Shown: one piece after another, positions 15,983 to 29,994 of the stretch
Numbering within the stretch: the first letter of the stretch is position 1
Layout of the letters: the number at the start of each line of letters is the position of its first letter
Assembly (NCBI RefSeq): GCF_001186125.1
Contig: NW_014039648.1
Span: 1-32,122 of the forward strand
Reading direction: 5' to 3'
Length of the DNA: 32,122 nt
DNA from: Sphaeroforma arctica JP610
Lineage: Eukaryota
Notes under the pieces: model-generated
The model's input: the letters and a program-made list of their open reading frames with translations, nothing else
Told to the model about the DNA's origin: nothing
The model's database searches: none
Made by a program: the position numbers and the translations under genes

Positions 15983-18900
15983 ATGCTATCCGCTCTTTGG
16001 AATATGCGTCTCTATTGTATAGGCAGCACGCTGGTAACAGTCGCAGTGATAGCAAACGCACACACGTACCATGACTACCAATATTTTCCAACTGCCGTAC
16101 GGCTAATCAATCACACAGCAACTGTAATGCTGCTATGCAATCAAGCATTCGTCGTGGGTATTGTATGTACATACATAACCACATGCATGTTATTCGGTTC
16201 TATAAGACCCGTGGAAGCTGCTATGCTGTATGAGATGGCGTGGTTTGGAGTCACGGAGGCCTGCCTAGCCATCTCCGTGTTCCGAGAGGAGTTTGCACCT
16301 ATGTTTGTGGCGATGCTAATCATCCTGCACATTGTCCAGCTTTCGCATGCGCTACTCTCAACACGGTTGTTGTACATGGAGCAGGTGCCAAATCCGGTAT
16401 GTATTTCACGTGGGTCCCAAGAACTCAACATGTCGGCTTGTATGTCTGCTGACACAATCGTTTTACTTTCTCCGATTCCACCTTTAGTTGTTTGTGTTTC
16501 GCTGTATATGCTGGGTTCTATAATTTGCAGGTGTATATGTCTCTGGCACTCTGTATTCATTGCATGCATTGCACCAACGGAGACCATTTAGCCTTGCACC
16601 AACGGAGACCTTTATTGTTGGAATGTATGTTTGTACTAGCAAGGGAGCAAAAAAAGTATATAGATATAAAACCCCCCTTGCATAGATGGAAATTATATTC
16701 CAAGTATTTGAAGTTTTTATTGTTGTGTTATAAATACATGTCGATTGCGTTATGTATACAACTTGTGAATACAAAGGCCCACTTACACACCGTTGAGGTC
16801 GTAATTTTGGTAATATGCGCAAAGGGCATTTATGTTTGAACGTCGGCTACCATTAGTTATTTCCGTTCCTGCACGCATCTTCTGATCTCTGTACAAGTCC
16901 GAATGTGCAAAAACTGGTGTATTGTATCATTTTAGCTGTATATATTGTGAGATTGGTCTTTAGTATCGTGGTTTGTTGTTAGTAATATTCGAGATCTGAA
17001 CTTGATACCTGCACCAAAACTCGAAGGACAATAGTAGTAGGAGCCTCGCTTTGTATATAGGTTTTTTGTGTGAAGGGTGCATCGCATGGCTGTAATTTAT
17101 ATCTTCTCATTGTTTTCACCCACTTCTCACCTGCAAGCCTTTTCCCCCCCTATCTCGAGACTTTGGGATACATATCATTCTGATACATGTCGTGTTTGTC
17201 CCTGTTTTAGATTATTTCTGTCTACCTCGGATTTTTCCAGTATAACTGGTGTATTTATCAAGACATACCCATGGATGAGTTTGAATTTGAGTTTGAAATG
17301 TGTGCCTATCTGTGTGTGTCGGCCGTGTCACCCGCACTCATCTATTCGTGTTTTTAACTGGCATTGTTCAACGCTAGGCATGCCGAAGAGAAAAATCAAG
17401 TTTTTTACTCATCATTCACTTGGATAACCATTGTGCAGGGCCGCTTATACCATATACGTATCTGCGCTGTTTTATCGCTGCTGGCCGTATTGGATTGCGG
17501 GATGATAGCTTACGCTATACATTCCTCGCTGGAACATGGGCCGAGCGCGCAATTTATGTTTGGCTTCGAATATCTATTGCTGACGACTTCGGTGCTATAT
17601 TCGATGGCTAAGTATACATTAAATCTTTGCGAGCGCTACAATATCACTTCAACACATGACAGGTGTGTTAGTCCTCTTCTGTTCAACTTTCGTCTTAGCA
17701 GTTTAAAACTGCTGATAAGATGAACAACTTCGTTCACAAATTTGTAGTGTATCTTAAAATTTTATGTCGACAATTTCATATTTTCGTATCTTTCGATAGA
17801 ATCTTATAATGATCAGAAAGCAGTCAAGTCACAGATGAAAAAAAGGGCGATACAAGACTGCTAGGTTTTTTTTATCGTTTAAACTGTCCGGAAAACTCAC
17901 ATGCTTGTACGCCACCCATCGCAGGCAAGTGTACTTGTTCTATTTGGGCTTATGCATGGACTTCGTGCGCATGTTGATATTCACATGCTTCTTCTCGGTG
18001 ATCATGAGCTTCTACGGACTTCCTCTGCACATCATCCGTGGATTGTACATCTCTTCCAAGTCTTTCACACAACGACTGGCTGAAATGCTCCGCTTCCGAG
18101 AGGCCACTAACAATATGAACATAAGGTATTCACCAATACATCTCGTGGCACGCATTCTAAATTCGACTATTGAACTGCGTCGTACGCACTACCTTGAATT
18201 TATGTGCGATTTGCCGATTGACTGGTTCCTTTTATAGCTGAGGAATGCATGGAAAGGTGACGCACATGGGATCTGGTTTACAACCATAAATACTAACAAG
18301 TTTTGCATCTTTGTCGATCCCAGATACCCGGCAGCAACTCAACAAGAACTAGAAGCTGCAGATCACACTTGTGTCATTTGCAGAGAAATTATGGACACGG
18401 CAAAGCGACTGCCGTGTGGCCACATATTCCACATCCACTGTCTGCGGTAGGCCAATTTCGATTTATATCGGGACACATCCAATCGTATTCACAGCGTGCT
18501 TTAATAATCATTTCCTAGGACGGTTGGGTTACAGGAGATTTATTCTGTAAATGTTTTTTTAAGCGTTGTATGAGCGCCGTGTCCACTCATCGACATCGTA
18601 GTATTCACGGTGTGATATTTTGCAAGTGAAAGTTTAGATACAATTGGGAACATTCAATCATTAATGTGTCAGAATGTACCTTACAATCGCGTTGACCCCG
18701 ACTTCGCTTTTTTTACAGCTTGCTCATAATTCATATATTACGGAATGCTTAGGTCGTGGCTCCAAAGACAGCAGATATGCCCCATCTGCCGATCCCCGGT
18801 CCTGGAATCTGAGCGCATACGACTCAATCTTCCGCATCATGTGCAGCTTAATGGAATTCCCCACGTCACAGCCCAACCTCAAGATGTGCCCCACTTAGCG

Positions 18901-20287
18901 CCGCAAACCAATCAAGGGCCGTATGATCGTTCATCCATGGGCTCCACTCCACTTCAAGGTCGTTTCCGCTGCAATTCTTGTGTTTGTTCCTATTTTAGCT
19001 TTCGTGATCTGTCAAGTTATAGTTCGCACATAATCGTGTGGCGTATCTGTAGCGTTCGCAATCTATTTTCAATCCTTTACGTTCGAATTGCCCGTTATGG
19101 CTGAATTTGGTCTGCAACCTCATCCGGAGCCTTCTGATATAGTATATGTTCATTCACTATGTCACTTTGATGGAGGTATGAGTGGGCATGGTGTATGACT
19201 GCGAATTATTCGCTGGAACATAATGTGGAAGAAAGTGAAGTTCATCATGTTGTCATGTTGACGGTACGAAAGGACACCCTACGCCGTATTGCCTAGTACG
19301 ACATTGGCGCATGAGACCGATACTCCCGAGCCACATGTGCAACTTTAACTGGTCGTGATGCACAAGTAGTCCGAACTACTTATCAAGATTCGTGCGTAAA
19401 TTCTTCCTATTCATCAATAGGTGTGACTAGAGAACTTTTACCCGCTTCGTTACCTCCTGCGGGTGTATTCAATGTGGCGCAAGTGCCATTATTCGACGGT
19501 GCACCACCAGTCGCACCGACCTCAATGACGGATCTCACTCATATGTTCAGCCAACCGCAGCCATCATACAATTGCGAGAGTAAGTGCGGTCATCCAAGAT
19601 GTCGCCACGATATGCACTTGTTCCAGTTCTTGGGCAAATGTAAAAGTGACATTTAATCCGACTGCTGATGGTGCTAGATAGATGCTTGGAATTATCGCTT
19701 GGTTCGTTGATGTATTGCGATGTATTCAAATCAATTTGTAACCTACAATTTACTTTTTGCAACTCTCACACCAGATATGTCACTCGAAGAGATATGGACT
19801 GTCGTCATTGCTGAAGAAGCACGGTTCAGGGCTCGTTTCCGCGCAATCCGAGCTATACAGAGCGACATAGATCGAGTCATTCAAAGGCACGCTGCTATGC
19901 ACCACCTATTCGTGCATCCGCCACCTCTACGTGAGTACCTTATCGATTTGTGTGCGTTAAGAGGGTAATATGGATCGTCGATTTGTTGATTGAATTCCAG
20001 CGCGCGCGAGTACCGATTAATTTCTCGCTGAGTGTGTTGCCTCCGACATTTTGAAGAAGCTATCATCTAACCCTTTTGTCCATATATTCATACCATACAA
20101 TACCTCATCACTGATTATTTTTTTGTATTCCATTGTCACAGCCTCTAAATTCTTCAAAGCCAGTGCACCCAAAGATGCGGTCGCTGACCAATCAGCTCAT
20201 GGGACTGCCGGCGGTGCTGATGGCCTGAGGCACAGGATGCCGCAATCAAGGTCAAATGACAAGGGCAAGGAAAAGAAAGCTGCATAG
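15983..20287 (+). CDS. HRD1: ERAD E3 ubiquitin ligase HRD1/synoviolin, ~542 aa, 8 exons
   Basis: Exons 15983-16396, 17439-17662, 17925-18125, 18324-18446, 18753-18958, 19421-19579, 19775-19930, 20142-20287 (1629 nt). Multi-TM N-terminus with AWFGVTEACLAISVFRE, GPSAQFMFGFEY and YGLPLHIIR; RING-H2 [39 protein letters not shown]; Pro-rich region and a C-terminal helical segment (SLEEIW...ARFRAIRAIQSDID). Confidence 0.93.
16569..16614. repeat. 25-bp-period tandem duplication in HRD1 intron 1
   Basis: ttgcaccaacggagacc at 16569-16585 and 16594-16610. Confidence 0.85.
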
Positions 20288-20996
20288 TATCACCAATCCA
20301 GCAGTAAAATTGGTGGAAATATCTACCTTGAACATTTCCGTTTCCCACTACCCATTCTCTATTATGTTTGGTTCGGCGCCCAAATTTTCGTATGCTCGTC
20401 CAAAAAATACAAATACTGGAGGGGCGAGCGGTTTTTCCTTATTAAATATCCCGAAGTATTCCACTAGCTTGTGTATGATGGGTGTTGAATCTTTCTTCTT
20501 TCCGTCGGAACATTGACTCTAGATTGTAGATAGGGTGTGATATTACAGGCGTGCTCAATGGAAAGCTGAAACGGCTACGTTTTATATATTTATTACTATC
20601 TACTGTTGTATATTCCACAGTACCGAAAGGCTTGACTTCTCTGAGCCACAGTATGTGTCCTGTTATGTTGTTATCGTGGCCCATACTATCAATGTTCTAA
20701 TTCGACATTTGAACTAAATTTGAAGCAACTGACTCTGACTCGCATTGTATGTGTTTGATCGCCCCCTACTTGCCTTCCCTGCTGCTTGAAACAAACTAAT
20801 CTAGGGACACGGTGAGTGTCCTAGCACTTTCAATAACTTATCCAATCAAGTAGTTATATAAAATAATGTGGTCAAGTCTTTAATGCAACTACAATGGTCT
20901 TTTCAACTTATTTACATCTGGTATGCCCGAATACGAGTTTATGTTAGTTCAAAGGCTATTATTTGAGGGTGAAAAAAAGTTAGCACATAGGCAGCT

Positions 20997-23900
20997 TCAG
21001 CCATGCTGGACTCCGGGAACTATCATTTCTAACAGCAAAGGACCGAGAAACTCGTTCTCCTCCCCAATAATTGAAACAAGTACCTGTGACGAAGAATATA
21101 AGCTGTATTGAATATTACATACCAAGATGCGTTAAATGAAGTGAGAAAGTTCATGGCATGCTTTGCGAAAATGATACAAACCAGACTGACCTTGAGAACG
21201 GCTTTTGTCAGTGGGTCGTTGCCAAAGATTGAGCCCGGCAAGCCTCGCAGAAAAGCTATCGCGCTGAGTACCTTGTCTTCTCCCATACTATCACACATAT
21301 ATTTGTACAATTCTGGTGATTCGGGCTGAATAGCATCTAGGCCACTGTAGCTGTGCTCCGAATGTTTGGGTCTGTTTTGATATGAAGAATTATGACGTCG
21401 AGTTCTTTCCGAACGTGCCGGTCGTGGGGCATCGGATTGCACGAGATCTCCGGCCATTGAACCCATAACACCTTCGAGTCGATCTTCCTCCGCTCCTCTG
21501 CTTGCAGCCTCACCTCGCTTGATAGCTGACTGAGTTTCTTGATGGTGATCTGAGTGCGAGATCCCTTCAGATTCCAGATACTTGCCATGTTCTGACGAAT
21601 CCTTGCGTGTTTTTACGTGCGAGTCACCACATTGCGGTGGCTGTTGAGAATTGCGGATGCTTACACGCGACTGTTGGATATGTTGCCCATCAAGCTCCTC
21701 TTCTCTCTTTGTACTTGCTTTGTTAACTCGCCTTCCATGATTGCGCGTGACGGAGCGTGAATTAGGGCGAGCACTTGGAGGAGGATAATTGGCGTCCTGA
21801 CTAGGATACTCTTGAGTTACGGACACAGAATGCTTACCGTGTGGTATCCGTGCGGATCTTGGTTTAAGCACGCGGCCCCGGGGAGGATGTGCTGTAGTTT
21901 CCTGGCGAGGAAGATGTTGCTGTGACTCAAATTTAGTCGAGTCGGTCTCCTTCATCTCGAGATCATCGGAGTTGTTTGTGTCTTTTGTTATCTTCCGCCT
22001 CGCTTCTAGGTTACCTGTGTAGCTCGGAGTGTCGATACTACAATGAGGTGCTTGACGTCTGGCCTCCCGTACCTCTTTCGTAGTGTTTTCTATCGGTAGG
22101 TTGTCTTTGTGGGCTCGAATCGAACGAGGTTCCAGAAATTTGCCCTTTGATTCCATTGCTATACGAGAGCTGCATTGGTGAGGTAGGTGATCCCCACCAC
22201 ATCGATCGCAGAGCTCAATTTCTGGATCGTAGTATTCGTCTGAGTTTTCGTCGGAAGATAAGTATGTAGAGGGCTCTACGCTGCCACCAGCACCGTTTTT
22301 GTCGAGAGACTGTTGAAATTCGGACTGTCTGCGAACGCTCAACAACGGATTCGTAGACTTATCTTGATTTGGGTGCTCTCCTGCTCTATCTGCTTGCAGT
22401 TGTGTCTGAAACCGTCTCTCCTCTTCCTCTATGTGCTTCACCCTAGAATAAACGCGACTCTCTCGATTGGCAGATGCTTCTTGAGAAGCGTACCGAGGTG
22501 GAAATTTTCCCTGAGCCTTGTGATTATTGTTGTCTTCCTTTCTTTCTTGGGCCGGCAACGGATCACTTCGATGCACAACACGTACTCGCGTGAGGTTCTC
22601 ATACGTTGGGGCTGGAGTGTCGTGGTCTTCATGTTTCTCCATTCCGGATATTGTCTTCCGAAACGCTGTAAACGTGGTCACATTCGTATGGTTAGACTGT
22701 GTTGAGGATCTCTCAGATCGAAGGGAGGTGCGACTCGAGGCGGTGTTCGTGCTGTCTTTTGGCGTGGGCAAAGTGGTTGACTCGTCACCATTGTTTTTTG
22801 TGGCACCCGATACCTGCGCGGTTGCCATATCCGAGTGATGCTGCGGCGGGAGGCGTGAAGGTGTGGTTTCCTTTTCGAGGACAGGATTGAACTCGTCTTG
22901 AGACAATCTATCAGCACGCACACGATGCGACGATCGTCTGTGTGGCTCACGCAGATCGAAATTGAGTCTAATGGAATGACCAGTATTGGAACGCTTACAA
23001 AAGCTCTCATTAGATCTTGAGCCTGGGAAAGACGTCGATCTCGACACGTGTACAGCCTGGCCATCTTTCACATCCTTCCATACCAGATAGTTTGCGTCAA
23101 CCTCGGGGGCGAGTGAGCAGTTTTCATTTAGAGTGGGTTTGCTGGATGGTTGTGCAGATTTCGTACTATGCAACTCATTCACCGTTTCCGACTGAGTGCT
23201 CGCATTCATGTACTCATCATGATCGATGGTGTTGTTGTTATAGAATTCAGATGTCGATGAACTGTGTGGTGCAAAAGTAGCTGCTTGATTTGTTGAATAA
23301 TCACGACCAGTACGGAGGTGCGCCCGATTAGATAAAGTGGTCGAGGGTTTCCCTACCTGCCTCTTCTGTTTGTAGTCAGATTTTAAATTGACTCTAAGCT
23401 TTGTGTATGTGGATTCGTCCGTCATTTCTGAACCCTGGTCGCCCTCAAAGCCACCAAAGAGTAAACCATAGATTTCGTTGTCCTCGGTAGATCCCACAAC
23501 TGTTGAAGCGTATTGGGGGGCTGACTGGCCTGTGCTTTTTGGAATTTTGTACCTAGCATTCCCCACGGATACGTGCACTGAGCCGGAGTGTGTTTGATGA
23601 ACATACTGGTGCCCGTTGTGTGTATTGTCCGCTAGAGTGTTAATATTCTTCTCGTAATCTGCCACGATGTTCTCATCATGAGACGTATTCCTCTTCTTTC
23701 CGCTAGCGTTGTTCTCTTTAGTAGGCCGCAACGTTTTCTGTATTTTCTTCTTGATGCTATGCCCCTTCTTTGCACCGATGCTAGTGTGGCTCTTTCCCTG
23801 TTGTATTTCACCGCCTCCCCCTGAAGTGATCGCTGTGGTCGATTTAGCTGGAAACAACAAGGAAAACGTAAAAGTCAGTAATATAATTCAGTACTACCCT

Positions 23901-25983
23901 GGTGTAGTGATATCCAACATTGCTAAGATCTTGCGAGGTAAGAAGCGAGCGGTCACTTACATTTTCTATAAATGGGGGCAAGACTATCTTGCGAGCTCTT
24001 CGCCGTGCTAAATCCGGAAAGATCTGAACCGCGGGTGGCTAGAGAGAAAAATTTAGCGGTGTTACATCTGTTGAGTTTGTTTTGAGCTGCAATGGGATTT
24101 ACATAACAGTTGTTCAATTCATTGTCAAATAAAAAGATCCGAATGCCTGCTCAGTCTTGCATTTGAGCGAATGTGGGACACTTTCTGCACTTTTGTTTTA
24201 CCTGCAGGGCGATAAGTCGGACTGTCCAGCTCCGGCGTGGATGGTGGACCCGTCACATGCACATCATCGTATTGTAGATTGACCACCTCGGGGTCCCCAC
24301 TTTGACCAGCACGGAACAATTCCTCAATTGCCATCTGTAGAGTATGAAGTTGGGTCGATGTGAACTGCTAATTTGGAATACATACGTGTAGGTGTACGGA
24401 AAGTCTGAAATGTGAGAGAACCATACTCACCGCTTCAGGACGAATACTTTGGTAGGGATGCATCATACTGCGGATAAGGCCGATGATCCACAGTGAGTAT
24501 TCGGTTCTGCAATAAGGAGCATCGCCCGAACAAATCTCGGTCATAACCGCGGATAAGTTCGTGCCTTTGTATGGGGGCTTCCCATTCGCTATCTCGGAAA
24601 GCACACAACCTAGTGACCACACATCGGTTTTAGAATTATAAGGCTCGCCTCTGCACATTTCAGGAGAGAGATATTCCGGCGTGCCAACCAAGGTGTTGAG
24701 CATGCTCCTGTCCATTGGTTGTTTCGCCATCCCAAAATCGCCAATTTTTAAGCGCAGTTTGTCAAATACCAAGATGTTGGCACTCTTGATATCTGTCAAA
24801 AAGTGTGGGGAAGGAAAGTGATGCGAGTTTATATTGAGTAACCCAACACACAAAACTCGCATGCCATCTGGCATTTGTTTTCTGTTTGTTTGTTTTTTAG
24901 GAAAAGAAAGAAAGTACATAGGAAAAAATAAGTTGAAAAACTGTTGGCACTCTTGATATCTGTCAAAAAGTGTGGGAAGGAAAGTGATGCGAGTTTATAT
25001 TGAGTAACCCAACACACAAAACTCGCATGCCATCTGGCATTTGTTTTCTGTTGTTTTTTTTTAGGAAAAGAAAGAAAGTACATAAGAAAAAATAAGTTGC
25101 AAACAAAACCAATTTAATACCTCGATGCACAAATCCTTTCTTGTGTATGTATGCCAGCGCGCTACTGAGTTGAATCGAAAATCGCAAAAGCGCCTGGAGA
25201 TTTATGTTATTTGGTTAGTATCAGAGCAAAAATCTTGCGGCAATCGGTGTATGACTGCACATGCGAAATAAGAAACGTACTTACCGACTCTGACAGTGGA
25301 AATTGGGCAACATCATTCTGGCGTAGGAAATGTTTCAAGTCACCTAGTATAAGTGAGAGAAATGAAATCTAATGTGAATCAAGATTGCGGCTTGGACATT
25401 GCTGAATTGGAGCAGTTGTGACGAATCAGTTAAAATGTTACCTCCAGGAGCATATTCCAGCACCAGCCAGAGCGAGCCAAAAAGGAGCTGGGCTTCTTTA
25501 CATCTCGCGATGTGTGGATGATGCAATTTGCAAATGATGTCAACTTCGGAGAGAATACGAAGTCGATCCTCCTCTGTCTGATTAGACAGGTTTGACTGCT
25601 TCACCGCGTACAGTTTGTTACTCGCTCTTGATCGAACTAAAAGAACACTGTACAAAAAAAAATTGATAGGTGTTTGTGAGTAAGACAATATTGGAAAGTG
25701 TAATATTACAACGCCGACAACTGAGCGACAGGCCGGTATCTCCTTGGAAGCCATCTCATGGTCTCTTATTGCTTACTAAAGCAGGCTCATGCCGCAACGA
25801 TCGATGTCTCTTTCTTATTCTCGTCTATGTAGTCACCAACTCTATGCCCCACATTTAGCCTACCTATTATAAAGTTTAGTAGAAATAAGCAACCTTTATT
25901 GCTGATGATACATACCACCCAAACCTGCCCCTATGGAGGATTGAGATGCGCTCATAATTTCGACTGGTTGGCATTAAGTTCAT
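20997..25983 (-). CDS. NIMA-related (NEK-family) Ser/Thr kinase with long disordered C-terminal extension, ~1240 aa, 9 exons
   Basis: Exons 25983-25916, 25647-25442, 25343-25285, 25193-25121, 24792-24431, 24334-24202, 24038-23961, 23847-21191, 21083-20997 (3723 nt). Motifs: YERISILHRGRFGCV, YAVK, EVDIICKLHHPHI, LEYAPGGDL, HRDIKSANI, KIGDFGMAK, VGTPEYLSPEMCRGEPYNSKTDVWSLGCVL. The C-terminal helical segment (YMCDSMGEDKVLSAIAFL...IIGEENEFLGPLLLEMI) recalls NEK1/4/11-type tails. Exact orthology is not assignable, and the last acceptor has an alternative AG 19 nt upstream. Confidence 0.9.
24775..25099. repeat. 167-bp tandem duplication spanning a NEK intron 3' end and 18 nt of exon
   Basis: Copies start at 24775 and 24942 (tgttggcactcttgatatctgtcaaaaagtgtggg...aataagttg) and differ by a few substitutions and homopolymer lengths. 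Confidence 0.95.
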
Positions 25984-26558
25984 TTTCTCCGATAGCTACG
26001 ATATTCGTAATAAGCTTTTATGAAAGCCTGAAGTATGAAGTGCAAGTCTATAAAGTTGGCCTTAAAATATTGGCAATTCAGATCATCAAAAGAAGTCTCA
26101 TGTCTGGAAGCATCCATTCAGATGCACAAAGTGCTCTCGCAGATTACTACAAGTGTCTGAATCTACATCAAGACCTTTCGCCCTTGCATAGTTGTGCTAT
26201 GCATGATTGCTAGATTGCATACCAGAACGGAAAATAAAGAACCCAACACCTGCCACATCCCATTGGATGTTTCGGTCTTCTCCTGCATATCTGAAATGAC
26301 CAACCAAATTATTCCCTGCTGTGGCATTTTCGGATTTTTCATTTTCCGTTCGAGTTTTATTTATTTTTTGAAACAAAAATAATTCTGAAACAACTTTCAG
26401 TTTCTAAATATTTAGTTTCTGTCGTTTGAAAGTCTGAAACCGTGAAACGCAGAAACGTCAATGGCTATGATGGTTTATTGGTTAGCCTTGCTCCAATCGC
26501 CATTGTTCAAACAATCAAACTTCACAGTTCGCAGTCCACACTCCGAGTTTTCAGTTTT

Positions 26559-26640
26559 CAGTTTTCCCTCCATAAAGTGAATAATATGAAATATAAAGTC
26601 AGTTTTCCACTTCCATAAAGTAAATAATATGAACTATAAA
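26559..26640. repeat. ~41-bp imperfect tandem duplication, intergenic
   Basis: cagttttccctccataaagtgaataatatgaaatataaa followed by cagttttccacttccataaagtaaataatatgaactataaa. Confidence 0.85.
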
Positions 26641-26740
26641 ACATTAAGTATTGATACATATATCATACAGCTTGTCTGTGGTACACTCAACATCCTTCAA
26701 GTACTCCCAAGAGATGCGAAGAATTTGTTTGAAAGCATTA

Positions 26741-26773
26741 CCATATCCTCCTGTTCTTTTTAGGAGGCTATGG
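26741..26773. repeat. Short inverted repeat, variant of the CATAGCCTTCT/AGAAGGCTATG family
   Basis: ccatatcctcct (26741-26752) + 9-nt spacer + aggaggctatgg (26762-26773); 11/12 paired. An exact agaaggctatg follows at 26980-26990. Confidence 0.75.
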
Positions 26774-27358
26774 CGTTCCCAGAAGTGCGTAGTATTTACA
26801 TTATACACACAGTTTCGATGCTAAATATGCACGTATTACTGGATACTAATTGCATATATGCCTGTATTCTAAGAGTACAAAATAGAAGGCCTAGAGAAAT
26901 TATACGTAAAAACTGAATTCTAAATATGTTTGTGCAGGATGTTTTAAAAACTGATTTTTAGTAAGAGAATTGTCCTTTCAGAAGGCTATGATACTGGATA
27001 CACACAAGCAGCTTTTAGCGCGTGCAAAATCGAACAGGATCACTATAACTAGGTACTCTTATCACAAATGGACAAATGATTTGAGCAATTCTTCCTGTGT
27101 AGATTAGTTTGTTACAACTAGCATTGGATTCACACTATTCATGCGTGAACCTTGCAAGTAGAGAAAAAATTACAGATACCCTATTTATTTGACATGTACT
27201 TTAAATATCTGGTTTACGAGGTGCGAGGCGTCATTAACGGCACCAAGCCACTCACTGAAAGCATACGGGTGAAAGCCACTTGAAAACCCTCGGCACAACT
27301 ATACTCCGTTGCGCATGAGTGTACCAATTTCAAGCAGCTGACTCCAGTATTTGAGAAT

Positions 27359-29145
<1,787 letters not shown>

Positions 29146-29994
29146 TATTGCAGTATAAAGGATTGACAAACTACTTCTATGTGTACGTCTGAAAATTTCT
29201 GATCAAATTGGAAGAGCTTTTTGTACCGGTCGAGTTTTCAGTATTTATTTTTCTTTTCTCTCTCTCCGCTGATGTGTGTGAATACGAGGCCGAGAGTCCG
29301 AGCGTGTGTGTGGTGAAGCGAAAAATATTTTCAATCAAAACAAACAAACCACACAAGTACGTTTTCCCACCACGCGTACATTTTCACAGACGCTTGGGCA
29401 ATTAATTGGAATTCGGCCGTGACTTCTTGTGAGTAAAAGTAGAATGACTCATTTCAATGAGTGGGACGAATTTACGTAGACGTAGTACGGAGTTGTTCCG
29501 TTTTTCCACCCAACGACATAATCCCAATTTTTCTGTTTCGCGTTTCATAGCCTTCTCTGAAAAAAGAACACTCTTGTTGTTTTGATTGGAAAGAGAAGAA
29601 GCCAATTAATTTTTGGGTTGTTTTGTTTTTTGTTTTTAAAAACAAAATAGAAATCGTGTTTCTTTTTCCCCTTAAAATTTTGTTTATAACTAGGTAATGT
29701 TTTATTTGTTAGAGCTTGTGCATTCCGCGGCTGAATGTTTTATTAGGCTCCTCCTTCTGAAAAGGCAATTTATTTTGTTAAAAATATTTATATAAAATAC
29801 AACACCGTTGTTTTATTTTAGCTCAGTATTTTTGGGGTGTCTGTTCACTCTATCGACTCACTGTCTCCTTACAATCTCACAGAGCATCATCCACAAGTGT
29901 GCGCTTCATGTTACGAACGGTATATGCCTGAATTTGTCCCTTATAAGAGCAATCATAAAAACTTATTGTAGGCACCCAGCAGTATTTATATAGT

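Noticed and set aside
16397..16591. Hydrophobic C-terminal part of the 202-aa ORF, plus antisense ORF 16141-16587
   Set aside because: HRD1 similarity stops at the GTATGT donor at 16397 and resumes at 17439. The rest is intron read-through, and the antisense ORF is a shadow.
22313..23280. Several 60-130-aa ORFs overlapping the large NEK exon
   Set aside because: Antisense or alternative-frame shadows of a long coding exon, with no recognisable motifs.
25648..25754. ORF-track start MASKEIPACRSVVG for the kinase
   Set aside because: It lacks a Gly-rich loop and runs through a polypyrimidine tract and acceptor. The upstream exon at 25983-25916 supplies subdomain I in the correct phase.
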